IMG/VR virus record: IMGVR_UViG_3300030732_000036
Location: 1 to 42,470 of that record
DNA from: a virus
Strand: one strand, 5' to 3'
DNA: 42,470 nt
Shown: in pieces, positions 15,112 through 25,343 of the stretch
Layout: each line of letters opens with the position of its first letter
Numbering within the stretch: position 1 is the first letter of the stretch
Position numbers and translations under genes: made by a program
The notes under the pieces: model-generated
Databases searched by the model: none
What the model saw: the letters and a program-made list of their open reading frames with translations, nothing else
Told to the model about the DNA's origin: nothing

Positions 15112-15467
15112 TGCACGGCGGCCAACTTGACCGGCGCATCACGATTTGGCGCCCGACCGTCGTCGAAGACCCCGAGTATGGGCCGCAGCCAGGCGAGCGC
15201 GTGCCGGTCGCCACCCGCGTGCCGGCCCAGGTGCTGGATTCCCTGCCGAGCAAGAGCGAGAGCACGGAAGCGGGGGTCAAGGTGGCCGACAGGCCCGCGC
15301 GCGTGCGCATCCGCTACCTGCGCGGCATCACCTCGGACATGGAGATTACGCTGCACGACGGCCCGGACGCGAGCGGCGATGTGGAATTCAAGATCGTCGG
15401 CGGCCCTGCCGAAATAGGCCGGCGCGAGTGGACCGAATTTACAGTGACGCACTACTCGACACCATGA
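15111..15467 (+). CDS. head-tail joining / head-closure protein (SPP1 gp16-like)
   Basis: TAATG coupling. Motif pattern LDRRITIWRP......G......WA..RIRY. Expected position after the connector. Confidence 0.8.
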   Translation: MHGGQLDRRITIWRPTVVEDPEYGPQPGERVPVATRVPAQVLDSLPSKSESTEAGVKVADRPARVRIRYLRGITSDMEITLHDGPDASGDVEFKIVGGPAEIGRREWTEFTVTHYSTP

Positions 15468-16012
15468 ACAATCTGAACATCAAAGGCGGCCAGGAACTGG
15501 ACAAGCTGCTGCAGACGCTGCCGGCAAAGCTCGAGCGCAATATCCTGCGCTCGGCCCTCGCCGCCGGCGCGCGCGTCATCGCCAAGGAGGCCAAGGCCAA
15601 CGCGCCTGTCGGCCGGCCGTCGAACGTGGCGGCGTCGGAATACGGCGGCTACCCTGGCGCGCTGCGCGACAGCGTGCGGGTCACCACCGGCCGCACGAAG
15701 ACCGGCGGGGTGTACGCCAGCGTGAAGGCCGGCGGCAAGACGAAGAAGGGCGCGGACGTGTTCTATGCCCATATCGTCGAATACGGCGCCCGGCGCCACG
15801 TGATCAAGCCGCGGGCCAAGAAAGCACTGACGATCGGCGGGCGCTTCGTCGGCGGCGAGGTGGACCACCCCGGCGTGGCGCCGCGCCCGTTCATGCGCCC
15901 CGCGGTGGATGCCAGGCTGCCGCAGGCGCTGCTGGCCGTCACGGCGCAGATCCGAAAGCGCCTGGCCAAGGAAGGCATCGACGTGCCCGCACCGATCGAG
16001 GGTGACGCATGA
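15464..16012 (+). CDS. HK97 gp10-family tail-completion protein
   Basis: ATGA coupling. N-terminus G.ELDKLLQTLP......LRSAL.AGARVIAKEAKANAP is typical of the family. Confidence 0.8.
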   Translation: MNNLNIKGGQELDKLLQTLPAKLERNILRSALAAGARVIAKEAKANAPVGRPSNVAASEYGGYPGALRDSVRVTTGRTKTGGVYASVKAGGKTKKGADVFYAHIVEYGARRHVIKPRAKKALTIGGRFVGGEVDHPGVAPRPFMRPAVDARLPQALLAVTAQIRKRLAKEGIDVPAPIEGDA

Positions 16013-16419
16013 GCGCCGTTGCCATCATTCGCGCGCTGCTGGCGGCCAGCCCGGCGGTCACGGCCCTGGTGCCGGCGGCCCGGATCTTCGCAGGCATCGC
16101 GCCGCAGGGCACCGCCCTGCCCCTGATCAGCGTCACCGAGGTGAGCCACCGCGAGCTGGATACCGTCGCGCGGGCGAGCGAGCGCGTCACCGTCCGCGCC
16201 CGGGTGCAGGTCACGGTGTCTGCGGCGTCCTATATCAGCCAGAAAACCATCCTCAAGGAGGCCCGTCTCGGGCCTGGCGTCCACCGCGGGGTGGTGGTCG
16301 GTTTCGACGTAAAGGCGGTGCAGCCGGCGGAAGTCAGCCCGGACCTGAACCAGGGCGATGACAACGGAATTTTCGAGCAATCGCGCGATTTTATGGTCAC
16401 TTACGCGGAAGCAAGTTAG
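16009..16419 (+). CDS. tail terminator (DUF3168-like)
   Basis: ATGA coupling. Motif LLAASPAVTALVPAARIFAGIAPQGTALPLISV. Sits directly before the tail tube gene. Confidence 0.75.
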   Translation: MSAVAIIRALLAASPAVTALVPAARIFAGIAPQGTALPLISVTEVSHRELDTVARASERVTVRARVQVTVSAASYISQKTILKEARLGPGVHRGVVVGFDVKAVQPAEVSPDLNQGDDNGIFEQSRDFMVTYAEAS

Positions 16420-16485
16420 AATAAGCAACAGTTTTATCAGCCCGCCCGTGGGCGCCCTGCGCGCGGGCTCAATTAGGAGAAAATC

Positions 16486-16938
16486 ATGGCATGGGAAAGT
16501 GAAGATTTTGAAGTAGTCGCGGGCACCCGCCTGTTCGTCTCGGCAAGCGATGCGGCGACGGAAAACGTCGCGGGCTTCGAAGCCTTGACCTATTCCGAAG
16601 TGACCTTGACCCAGGTCGGCGCCGTCGAGGGTAAGGAGTGGTCCACCGCCACGCTGGCCGAGGTATCCAACCCTCACGACCGCGTCAAGAAGGCCGCCTA
16701 CACCTACCCGCAGGCCGAATTCGGCGTCACCTGGAAGCCCGCCGAAGCCGGCCAGGTGATCCTCGACGCCGCATCGAACAGCACCGACATCATCTCGTGC
16801 AAGGTCGAACGTCCGAACGGTCAACTGCTGTATTTCCGCGCCCAAGTGATGGCGTTCGCCGACAGCGGCGGCGGCAACACCGACGCCCTGACCGGCACGC
16901 TGACGCTGTTGCGCCAGTCCGAAGTCTTCAAGGACTAA
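16486..16938 (+). CDS. major tail (tube) protein
   Basis: AGGAG RBS. 150 aa, lying between the terminator protein and chaperone genes, with a hairpin after the stop. The call is mainly positional. Confidence 0.7.
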   Translation: MAWESEDFEVVAGTRLFVSASDAATENVAGFEALTYSEVTLTQVGAVEGKEWSTATLAEVSNPHDRVKKAAYTYPQAEFGVTWKPAEAGQVILDAASNSTDIISCKVERPNGQLLYFRAQVMAFADSGGGNTDALTGTLTLLRQSEVFKD

Positions 16939-17051
16939 GAATCCGGCCCGCGAGGGCCGCAACCTGGCACTGACCTGCCGCGTGTCGCCCTTCGAGAGGG
17001 CGCGCGCGGCGGGGAGGTGCTTTTACCTCCTCTCGATAAAGGGAAATCAAA

Positions 17052-17498
17052 ATGGCAAGCATCAAGAAATTGGCGATCATGTCGACCGGCGTTTTCCCCG
17101 TGCGCGACGCGCGCGGCGAAACGGCAGTCGGTGAAGACGGCACCCCGTGGACCATCACCCACCACAGCCCAGGGTCGAAGCAATTCCAAAAGGCCAAGCA
17201 CGCCTACGACGAGAAGCGCAGCAATTCTCTTTCCTCGTTGGTGACGGGCAAGGACAGCAAGCGCACCGCGGAAGACGAAGCGCGCGAGGTGGCCGAGTTC
17301 CTGGCCGCCGTCACCATCTCGTTCGACGGCTTCGACTACGAGGGCAAACGCGGGTACGAGGCGTACAAGGCCGCGTATATGGACCTGGAAATCGGCCACG
17401 TCGCGACCGATTTGAACAAATTCATGGGTGATCGGGGAAACTACTTGCCGCCCAAGCCGACCGACTCGTCGAGTACGTCCGACATGCCGCTTGGCTAA
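17052..17498 (+). CDS. tail assembly chaperone (G-like)
   Basis: Lies upstream of the tape measure gene. Contains slippery heptamer G GGA AAC 19 codons before its stop. Confidence 0.7.
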   Translation: MASIKKLAIMSTGVFPVRDARGETAVGEDGTPWTITHHSPGSKQFQKAKHAYDEKRSNSLSSLVTGKDSKRTAEDEAREVAEFLAAVTISFDGFDYEGKRGYEAYKAAYMDLEIGHVATDLNKFMGDRGNYLPPKPTDSSSTSDMPLG

Positions 17499-17905
17499 AC
17501 GCGGCGCCGATCCATCCGCCCCCGGTCAATCCGAAGGGCGGTAAATCAAGGCCCTCGCCGCCGGGTCGGTCGCGCCGCGAGGACTGCGAGTTTTACAAGA
17601 TAGACCCGGTAATGCCATCGCTCCCGGGAGGGCATTACCTGTTGGACTACCTGTTCGAGCTGGGGCCGACGAAAGGGGAGCACCCGCTGGATGGGTCCGA
17701 GCTGGTGGCGTGGGAGAGGTTGCTAGGGATCGAGTGGCAGCCGTACGAATCAAGGCTGCTGCTGCGGATGTCGCGGGCGTACCTGGCCGAGATGCACAAC
17801 GCCAGCAAGCCCGACGCACCGCCTCCCTGGGCGGCCTTTGCGCGGCCCTGGAAGTGGATCGAGCAGCAGAAAGGGGAGCGCCGCCTGGCGGCGTTCTTGA
17901 GGTAA
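17052..17905 (+). CDS. tail assembly chaperone G-T fusion (via -1 frameshift at 17435-17441)
   Basis: The T-part ORF (listed from ATG 17612) is in the -1 frame relative to G. It is continuously open back across the G stop. Confidence 0.6.
17435..17441 (+). promoter_or_regulatory. -1 programmed ribosomal frameshift site, G GGA AAC
   Basis: X XXY YYZ heptamer lies in the zero frame of the G ORF. I walked the -1 frame codon by codon and it is open from 17432 to 17905. Confidence 0.65.
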
Positions 17906-17953
17906 GACCGCAGGCCGTAAAGGCCTGCACCTACATAGAGGGCGGCGCCACGT

Positions 17954-20900
17954 ATGGTCAGCGACATTGAAATCCGGCTACGCGCAGACATCGCCCGCCT
18001 TCAGCAAGATATGGACCGGGCCCGCCAGGCGGTGGGCGGGGGGCTGGACAAGATCAATACCGCGGTCGGCAAAACCGCCGGCATGTTCGCAGGCCTGGCC
18101 GTCAGTGTCGGCGCGGTGTCGTTCGTCGCCTTCGTCAAGCAAAGCATCGACGCGGCCGACGCCCTCAACGACCTGAGCGCACGCACGAAGATCGCCGCTA
18201 CCGACCTGGCCGGGCTGGAGTTCGCCGCCAAGATGTCAGGGTCGACGCTGGAGGGTGCGGCCAACGCGGTCAGCAAACTCGCGGTGAACATGGGCAAGGA
18301 CGCCGAGAAATTCCGCGCCCTGGGCGTCACCGCCAAAGACCCGCTCGAGGCGTTTAAGCAGCTGGCCGAAGTCTTCAAAGACATTCAAGACCCGCAGCAG
18401 CGCGCCGCCTTCGGCGCGGCCGCGCTGGGCAAGAGCTGGGCCGAGGTGGCGCCGCTGCTCGACGAGGGCGCGGTGGGCATCGGGGCGATGGTCGACCGCG
18501 GCAAACAGCTTTCGGGCGTCACTGACCAGATGGTGAAGGATGCCGCAGCGTTCAATGACAAGCTCGACGAGATGGGGTTCGTTGTGCGCGGCGTCGGCAC
18601 GCGCCTGGCGGCCGATCTGCTGCCGATGCTAAATTTGCTGGTGGACGATCTGACCGCCACCGGGGACGCCACGGCGAAGGCCACCGCCGAATTCAGCCCC
18701 CTGGCCGAAATTTTCAGGGGCGTCGTGGTCCTCGGCGGCTATATCACCTACCGTTTCAAGGAGCTGGGCACAGAAATAGGCGTGGCCACCGCCCAGGTGG
18801 TGGGCCTTACCAGCGCAATGTATAGCTTCCTGACCCTTGATTTCGACGCGGGGGTGTCGAAGCTGCGAGGCACCAGCGCTGCGGCCGCGCTGTCCGCAAC
18901 CGAAGCCCGCAAGGCAAGCGACGACTTCGACGCGTGGCGCAAAAAGTGGGCGGAACTGGGCGCCACCGCCCGGACGGCCAGCACCGAGGTGGGGGACAGC
19001 GCCGAAGCGGCCGCCGCGCGCGCCGCTGCCGCCGCCAAGAAAGCGGCCGAATTCCTCAAGGCCGAAGAACTCGCCGCCGCGCGCAAGAAGGCGGCCGACG
19101 AGTCCGCGCGGGCGACCAAGAAAGAAGAGGACGCCTACCGGGGGCTGATCAGCTCGATCAAGGAAAAAATCAACGCCAACGAGATGGAGCTGGCGACGGG
19201 CGAACCGCTCACCGAAATGCAGAAAATGCGCCTCAAGCTGGACCAGGACATTGAGGACGGCACGCTGGCGCTGACCGCGGCCCACCTCGACGAAGTGCAG
19301 GCGCTGCTCGACATCCTGGACGCGTCCCAGCGCTACGCCGCGGGGGTGAAGAAGGTTGCAAAGGCCGTTGAGGACTTGGGCACCGAGCGCGAATCTGCGC
19401 TCAAGATCGCCACCAACGAAGCCGAGACGCAGGAACGTCTCGTTGCCGAGTTCGGTAAAACGAAATTGGCGATCGAGAAAGTTACGCTTGCGCGCATGGA
19501 GGAACGCCTGGCGCAGCGTGCTGCGCTCGAGCTGGACGAAAAGGAAGTGGAACAGCTGAACCGGCTGATCGAGGCCAAAACGCGCGCGGTCGCCGCCGGC
19601 AGCCAGCTGGAGGTGCTGGAGCAGCAGAAGAAAGCGACCGAAGAAGCGACCGAAGCGCACAGGGAAATGTGGGAGTCGATCGACCGTACAGCGCACGATA
19701 CCTTCGTCAGCATCATGAACGGGGGCAAGAACGCTGCGCAGCGCCTGAAAGACACCCTCAAGAACACCTTCTTCGATTGGCTGTATCAGCAGACGCTGAA
19801 GAAGTGGATCATCAATATCGGCACGGCCACGGATTCCGGCGGCCTGGTGTCGGGCATCGCTTCGATGTTCGGCGCCGGCGGCGCGACGGGCGGCAGCGGC
19901 GGCTTCATGGCCAACGCATCGACCTGGATCTCGGCAGGCAAGAGCATCTACCAGGGCTTCTCCACCGGCATCGCGGGCAGCCTCGGCGGCCTGGTGTCGA
20001 GCTTCGGCACCGCCATTGGTTCGTCCGCAGTCTCGGCGTTCGGCATGGGCATGTCCTCGCCAGCGGCCGCCGCAGTCGCTGCCGAACTGGCCGGCGGTGC
20101 AGCGGGCGCCACAGTCGGCGCCGCCGGCGCGGCCAGCGCGGGGGCGGGTGCCAGCGCTGCAGCCGCCGTGCCTATCGTCGGCTGGATTGCGGCGGCCATG
20201 ATCGCGGCGAACGCCGTCTATAAACAAGGGTGGGACGCACAGAACGGCACCATGAGCGCGACCGGCGAAGTGCTGGGCGCGCCCGGCCTGGTGGGAAATA
20301 AAATCCTGCAGGGCATCGGCATGAACAACACCATGGCCAATATGTTTTCGGGCGCCAGCGCGATCTCCACCCTGTTCGGCCGCCGCAACCCGCGCGTGAC
20401 CAGCCAGGGCCTGGAGGGTGCGCTCACCATGGACGGCTTCAGCGGGCAGACCTTCGCCAACATCGAGGAAAAAGGCGGCCTGTTCCGCAGCACCAAGCGC
20501 TACACCCAAACGGGTGCTCTCGGCACGGAGCAGGAAAAAGCGTTCGAAGACACGATGCAGGCCATCGCAACCTCCGTGAAGGTGTTCAGCGAGGTACTGG
20601 GGGTCGAGGCTGACGTGCTGGCCGGGTACAGCAAACAGATCAAGCTGGAGCTCACGAACGACGCCACCCAGAACCAGGCGATTATCTCGAAGATGCTCGG
20701 CGAGGTCGGGGACGAGCTCTCGATGCGCCTGATTCCGGGCCTGAACGCGCTGACCAAAGAAGGCGAGACATCGAGCACCGCGCTGCAGCGCCTGGTGGGG
20801 GACTACCAAGCCCTGGACGCGATCTTCGGCACGATCGGAACCACGTTCGGCGCGGTCGGCGTGGGCAGCCTGGAGGCGCGCGAGCGCTTGATCGAACTGG

Positions 20901-22504
20901 GCGGAGGGGTGCAGGCGCTGGCTGCCGGCGTCGACTCGTTCGCGCAGACCTTCCTCACCGAGGCCCAGCGCATGGCTCCGGTGCAGGCAGCGGTGGTCAA
21001 AGGCATGGCCGACATGAATCTGGCATGGGTGGACACCCGCGAAGAATTCGCGGCCGTAGTCCTCGGCCTGGACAAGACCACCGAGGCCGGCGCGAGGGAC
21101 TTCGTCTCCCTGATGGCGCTGCAAGAAGCCTTTGCCGCCGTCTATCCGGAGATCGAGAACACCACGGGCGCGCTCATGAGTTCGGCCGATGTGCTGCGCC
21201 AGCGCGCCGCCATCCTGAAAGAATTCGAGCAGGTTTACATGACGCAGGGCGAGATCGAGCGCGAGCAGATCGACGCCACCAATCTCGCCATCTATGACCT
21301 GCTGCAGACCCGCAAGGCCGAGAAGCAGGCGGCGGAAGACGCTGCGGTGGCAGCCAAGAACCTGGCCGAGGGTATGCGCGGCGCCGTGGCCGAATCGCTG
21401 TCCCACGTCGAAGACATGGTGCAGCAGCGGATGGCCACCGAGAAGGCCGCGTTCGATGACGTCATCGCAGGCATCAGCTCGAGCATGGAGCGCGTCAACG
21501 GGAGAATCAGCAAGCTGCGCGAGCTGGCCAGCGCGCTGGCAACGGCGGTCCCGGTGCAGCAGACCCAGCAGCAGGCCGCCGCCGTGCGCCAGCTGGCCGC
21601 CGCGCAGGTCGCCGCGGCGCTGGCCATCGCGCGCGCGTCGGGGGTGCTGCCGAGCGCGCAGAGCCTGGCCCCGAGCCTGAAGGCCCTCGGCGCCGGCGAC
21701 ACCGGGGAATTCGCCACCTTCCAAGAGTTCCAGCGCAGCCAGCTGCGCGCCGCGAACGACATCAACGCGCTGTCCCAGATGGCCGTCGGTCAGCTGTCGG
21801 TGGAAGAGAAAACGCTGAGGGTGTTGCAGGACCAGAAATACCAGGCCGAGGTAGCCTACAAAGACCAGATCGGGGTGCTGAACCTCATCTTGGACAACGC
21901 GCGTAAGCAGACCGAGGACGCACTCAAGGGCGCGAGGGTGCTGGCGGCCATCCCTACCGCCCTGCAGAACATCCCGGGGGCCCTGAACGAGCTTACGCGG
22001 ACCATCGTGGCCCTGCAGGTGATGACCCCGCCGCCCGCCGCTGGCGGCCCGGCAGCACCCCCAACAGGCACCTCGCCGCCGCCTACCGGGACAGTGGTGT
22101 TGGACCAGGCCCGCATGCTGAACGAAATCTACCGCGAGCTGCTGCGGCGCGACGCGGACGCCGGCGGCCTGGCGTATTACCTGGAAGAACTGAATTTGCG
22201 CGGCCAGTCTTTCGACCAGGTCCGCCAAAGCATCTTGAGCAGCCCGGAGTATAAGGCGCTGCAGCTGACCCAAACGACGGGCTTTGCCTCAGGGACACAA
22301 ACCAGTACAATGATGCAGGACAATAATGCGGCGTTGCTGGAAGAACTGCAGGCCCTGAACGAGCGGATGGCGAAAGTGCAAACCGAAATGGAAAAGACCG
22401 CGAAAAACACCGAACAATCGGCGCTGGCGGGTTCCCAGATGGCCGATCAATTCAATAACGTCTCGGCCGGCGGTAACGTGCTGCTGATGGAATCGGCGAA
22501 ATGA
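17954..22504 (+). CDS. tape measure protein (1516 aa) with C-terminal Pro-rich linker and DUF4214-like module
   Basis: Long coiled-coil-rich ORF after the chaperones. It has a Gly/Ala-rich hydrophobic core and a C-terminal LNEIYRELLRRDADAGGLAYYLEEL...SPEY segment. Confidence 0.9.
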   Translation: MVSDIEIRLRADIARLQQDMDRARQAVGGGLDKINTAVGKTAGMFAGLAVSVGAVSFVAFVKQSIDAADALNDLSARTKIAATDLAGLEFAAKMSGSTLEGAANAVSKLAVNMGKDAEKFRALGVTAKDPLEAFKQLAEVFKDIQDPQQRAAFGAAALGKSWAEVAPLLDEGAVGIGAMVDRGKQLSGVTDQMVKDAAAFNDKLDEMGFVVRGVGTRLAADLLPMLNLLVDDLTATGDATAKATAEFSPLAEIFRGVVVLGGYITYRFKELGTEIGVATAQVVGLTSAMYSFLTLDFDAGVSKLRGTSAAAALSATEARKASDDFDAWRKKWAELGATARTASTEVGDSAEAAAARAAAAAKKAAEFLKAEELAAARKKAADESARATKKEEDAYRGLISSIKEKINANEMELATGEPLTEMQKMRLKLDQDIEDGTLALTAAHLDEVQALLDILDASQRYAAGVKKVAKAVEDLGTERESALKIATNEAETQERLVAEFGKTKLAIEKVTLARMEERLAQRAALELDEKEVEQLNRLIEAKTRAVAAGSQLEVLEQQKKATEEATEAHREMWESIDRTAHDTFVSIMNGGKNAAQRLKDTLKNTFFDWLYQQTLKKWIINIGTATDSGGLVSGIASMFGAGGATGGSGGFMANASTWISAGKSIYQGFSTGIAGSLGGLVSSFGTAIGSSAVSAFGMGMSSPAAAAVAAELAGGAAGATVGAAGAASAGAGASAAAAVPIVGWIAAAMIAANAVYKQGWDAQNGTMSATGEVLGAPGLVGNKILQGIGMNNTMANMFSGASAISTLFGRRNPRVTSQGLEGALTMDGFSGQTFANIEEKGGLFRSTKRYTQTGALGTEQEKAFEDTMQAIATSVKVFSEVLGVEADVLAGYSKQIKLELTNDATQNQAIISKMLGEVGDELSMRLIPGLNALTKEGETSSTALQRLVGDYQALDAIFGTIGTTFGAVGVGSLEARERLIELGGGVQALAAGVDSFAQTFLTEAQRMAPVQAAVVKGMADMNLAWVDTREEFAAVVLGLDKTTEAGARDFVSLMALQEAFAAVYPEIENTTGALMSSADVLRQRAAILKEFEQVYMTQGEIEREQIDATNLAIYDLLQTRKAEKQAAEDAAVAAKNLAEGMRGAVAESLSHVEDMVQQRMATEKAAFDDVIAGISSSMERVNGRISKLRELASALATAVPVQQTQQQAAAVRQLAAAQVAAALAIARASGVLPSAQSLAPSLKALGAGDTGEFATFQEFQRSQLRAANDINALSQMAVGQLSVEEKTLRVLQDQKYQAEVAYKDQIGVLNLILDNARKQTEDALKGARVLAAIPTALQNIPGALNELTRTIVALQVMTPPPAAGGPAAPPTGTSPPPTGTVVLDQARMLNEIYRELLRRDADAGGLAYYLEELNLRGQSFDQVRQSILSSPEYKALQLTQTTGFASGTQTSTMMQDNNAALLEELQALNERMAKVQTEMEKTAKNTEQSALAGSQMADQFNNVSAGGNVLLMESAK

Positions 22505-23457
22505 CGATCGAAGCCACCGACAGCATCAACATCATGGCGCCGGTCACGATAACCGACGCCATGCTGACTGCCACCAATATCTCGCCGGAGGACTCCACGG
22601 GGCTGTGGTCCGGAGCCGCCACCTACGCCAAAGGCGAACGTCGGTATCTGGCCAGCACGCACCGGGTGTACGAGAACCTGCAGGACGGCAACACCAACAA
22701 AGACCCCAGTGTGCTGGCGAACCAGGTCAACGCGCAGGGTGAAGGCACCTGGTGGCAAGATGTCGGACCCACCAACCGGTGGGCGATGTTCGACACGATG
22801 GTGTCGACCCAATCGCAGCGCACCGGGTCGATCAGTTTCACCCTCACCCCGGGCGCTTTCAACGGCTTCGCGTTCTACGGCTTGGACGGGGACCACATAC
22901 ACGTCGTCGCCAAGACCGCGCCCGGCGGTTCGGTCTACTTCGAATACGATGAAGATCTTGAAGACTCGGCGCCGGCCGACTACTACGAGTATTTTTTCGA
23001 CCCATTCAAGCCGCAGACCCAGCTGATCCAAGTCGGGCTGCTGCCCTACGCCAGCGCGGAACTGACGGTCACGGTCACGAAGACGACGGGGGAAGCCAAG
23101 ATCGGTATGTTCGCTATCGGCCTCTTCAGCTCCGCCGGTGCGCCGCTGCGCGGGGCGGTCGCCGAGCCGCAAGATTTCAGCTACATATCGACGGATTCGT
23201 TCGGCGTGACCACCCTCAAGAAGCGGCACAACGCGACCGGCCTGGTCATCAGCGGCCAGCTCGATGTGGCCGACGCCAGTAGCACCCTCGACATCATTAA
23301 ACGCCTGCTGGGGGTGCCCTGCGTGGTGATCGGCAGCACGAAAGACCATTACCTTGGCTTAACGGCTTTCGGCCTGATCAGCGCCCGCGCGGTGTATGCA
23401 CCGGACAACAAGGTCGACGAAGTCACAATTAATTACACCGTGAAAGGGCTGGTCTGA
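22501..23457 (+). CDS. minor tail / distal tail protein candidate (318 aa)
   Basis: ATGA coupling to the tape measure gene. Functional call is positional only. Confidence 0.55.
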   Translation: MTIEATDSINIMAPVTITDAMLTATNISPEDSTGLWSGAATYAKGERRYLASTHRVYENLQDGNTNKDPSVLANQVNAQGEGTWWQDVGPTNRWAMFDTMVSTQSQRTGSISFTLTPGAFNGFAFYGLDGDHIHVVAKTAPGGSVYFEYDEDLEDSAPADYYEYFFDPFKPQTQLIQVGLLPYASAELTVTVTKTTGEAKIGMFAIGLFSSAGAPLRGAVAEPQDFSYISTDSFGVTTLKKRHNATGLVISGQLDVADASSTLDIIKRLLGVPCVVIGSTKDHYLGLTAFGLISARAVYAPDNKVDEVTINYTVKGLV

Positions 23458-25343
23458 TGCCTATCGAATCCCCACCGCCGATTACTCCGGTCCCGACCCC
23501 TGTTCCGCAACGGGGCGACCGCGCCACGTTCTCCGACCGGGTGGACGCCTATGTCACGTGGACGGAAGACGCGCCGCCCGAATTCGAGGCCCTGGCCGAT
23601 AACGTCGAGCACAATGCCAACGAGGCGTTGACCTATGCCACGAATTCGGCGGCCAGCGCCACGGCATCGGCGGGCAGCGCCACGGCCGCAGCAGGCAGCG
23701 CCACGGCAGCAGCCACCAGCGCCACGAACTCGGCGGCCAGCGCCACAGCGGCAGCAGCCAGCGCGGCCAGCGCGGCGGCGTTGGCGGGGGCCTTCGTCGG
23801 CACCAGCGCCTCGTCGCTGACGATCGGCACGGGCAACAAGACATTCGCCACCCAGGCCGGCGAGCAGTACACCGCCGGCATCACCATGACCGCGGTCAGC
23901 CAGGCCAACAACGCCAATTGGATGGCCGGCCAGGTGGTGAGCTACGATAGCGGCACCGGGGCGCTGGTGATCAACGTCAACGCCACCGGCGGCAGCGGCA
24001 CCTTCGCCGACTGGAACCTGTCACTGGCCGGCGTGCAGGGCCCGCAGGGCACGCCCGGCACCCTGAGCGGCACCGCTGTTGGCGCGATCAACCTGATCGA
24101 GGGCGCGGCGATCGCCACGGCCGCCACCCTGCCGCTGAACAACATCGACGGCAATTTCATGCACGCCACCGGCAACACCGGGTTTAATGCCACCAGCATC
24201 GCTCAGGGCGCCGAGCGTACCGTGGTGTTCGACGGCACCCCCTTGGCGACCCACGGCGCGAACCTGATCCTGCCGGGCGGCGCGAATATCCAGCTGGCCG
24301 CCGGCGACGTGATGAAGTTCATCGGCGAGGGCGCCGGCGTCACCCGGGTGGTGATGGTCACGCGCGCGGCCGCAGTGCCGAACGAAACCATCCCGCGCTC
24401 GGCGCGCACGGCCAATGTCGCGTTCACCGTCAACGACAGCGGGTATCTGATCGATGTCACCTCGGGCACCTTCACGCAAACGTTCGGCGCGGCGTCGACG
24501 CTGGGCGACGGGTGGCACGTGTGGATGAAGAACGCACCCACCGGGGGTGATGTCACCCTGGACCCGAACGCCTCCGAGACCATCGACGGCCTGACCAGCT
24601 TCGTGATGTACCCCGGCGAATTCCGCCTGGTCCAATGCGACGGCGCCGCGTTCCGCTCCTACGTGCTGAACCCGTTCAATCGCACTTTCGATTCCAGCGC
24701 CACGTTCGTCAAACCGCCCGGCTATCGATTCTTCGGCGGCAAGATCACGAACGGGGGCAACAGCGGCCGCAAGGGCGGGGGTGGCGGCTCGGTGATACCC
24801 GGCGGGGCGGGCGGCGGAACGTACCCGTTCCTGCTGGCTGCCGGGCTTTTCGGGGCCACCGAGGCTATCACCGTCGGCGCGGGCGCCGCAGGGCAGACGG
24901 CTGCAGCCACCGACGGCAACGTGGGTGGCGTGAGTTCAATTGGTTCTATCCTGGTCATGGCAGCATCGAACAATTACAAAACCGGGTCTGGCATATCGTC
25001 GGTCCAGGGGTCCAGCGGCGTTGCGGTGGGGTTCGAAGGGGCCGCAGGTAACACCACGAGTTCGGGCACCAGCGTATGGGGAGGTGCCGCGCCGTCAGGA
25101 AATGACGTGATCCCCAGCGGCAGCAGCGTCGAGGGGGGCGCGGCCGGCGGCAGCATCGCCACGGACGGAGTTACGCTGATCGCACCGGGCACATCGAAGT
25201 TCGCAGGGAACGGAGGTACCGCCCAGCTGACTTCAAGCGGCACTGCGGGCGTAGCGCCGGGCGGCGGCGGCGGGGCGACGGACACAGGGCCGTCATCAGG
25301 GCCCGGGGCATCGGGTCGGGTCCAAATTCACGGGGTGGCATAA
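23457..25343 (+). CDS. tail fibre / receptor-binding protein with Ala/Ser heptad region and Gly-rich C-terminal domain
   Basis: N-terminus PQRGDRATFSDRVDAY is followed by SAASATASAGSATAAAGSATAAATSA repeats. C-terminal region has GGKITNGGNSGRKGGGGGSVIPGGAGGG. Confidence 0.75.
   Translation: MPIESPPPITPVPTPVPQRGDRATFSDRVDAYVTWTEDAPPEFEALADNVEHNANEALTYATNSAASATASAGSATAAAGSATAAATSATNSAASATAAAASAASAAALAGAFVGTSASSLTIGTGNKTFATQAGEQYTAGITMTAVSQANNANWMAGQVVSYDSGTGALVINVNATGGSGTFADWNLSLAGVQGPQGTPGTLSGTAVGAINLIEGAAIATAATLPLNNIDGNFMHATGNTGFNATSIAQGAERTVVFDGTPLATHGANLILPGGANIQLAAGDVMKFIGEGAGVTRVVMVTRAAAVPNETIPRSARTANVAFTVNDSGYLIDVTSGTFTQTFGAASTLGDGWHVWMKNAPTGGDVTLDPNASETIDGLTSFVMYPGEFRLVQCDGAAFRSYVLNPFNRTFDSSATFVKPPGYRFFGGKITNGGNSGRKGGGGGSVIPGGAGGGTYPFLLAAGLFGATEAITVGAGAAGQTAAATDGNVGGVSSIGSILVMAASNNYKTGSGISSVQGSSGVAVGFEGAAGNTTSSGTSVWGGAAPSGNDVIPSGSSVEGGAAGGSIATDGVTLIAPGTSKFAGNGGTAQLTSSGTAGVAPGGGGGATDTGPSSGPGASGRVQIHGVA

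Noticed and set aside
16439-16469. Hairpin AGCCCGC-N17-GCGGGCT before the major tail gene, sharing CCGTGGGCGC with the S1 stem; considered as a third member of the S1/S2 family
   Set aside because: It has only a 7-bp stem, no T-tract and no three-way geometry. A 10-nt GC-rich match can be chance in this genome.
18629-22273. 1214-aa minus-strand ORF opposite the tape measure gene
   Set aside because: Shadow ORF in GC-rich DNA. The translation is Arg/Gly/Gln/His-rich low-complexity sequence, and the plus-strand TMP is well supported by position and composition.
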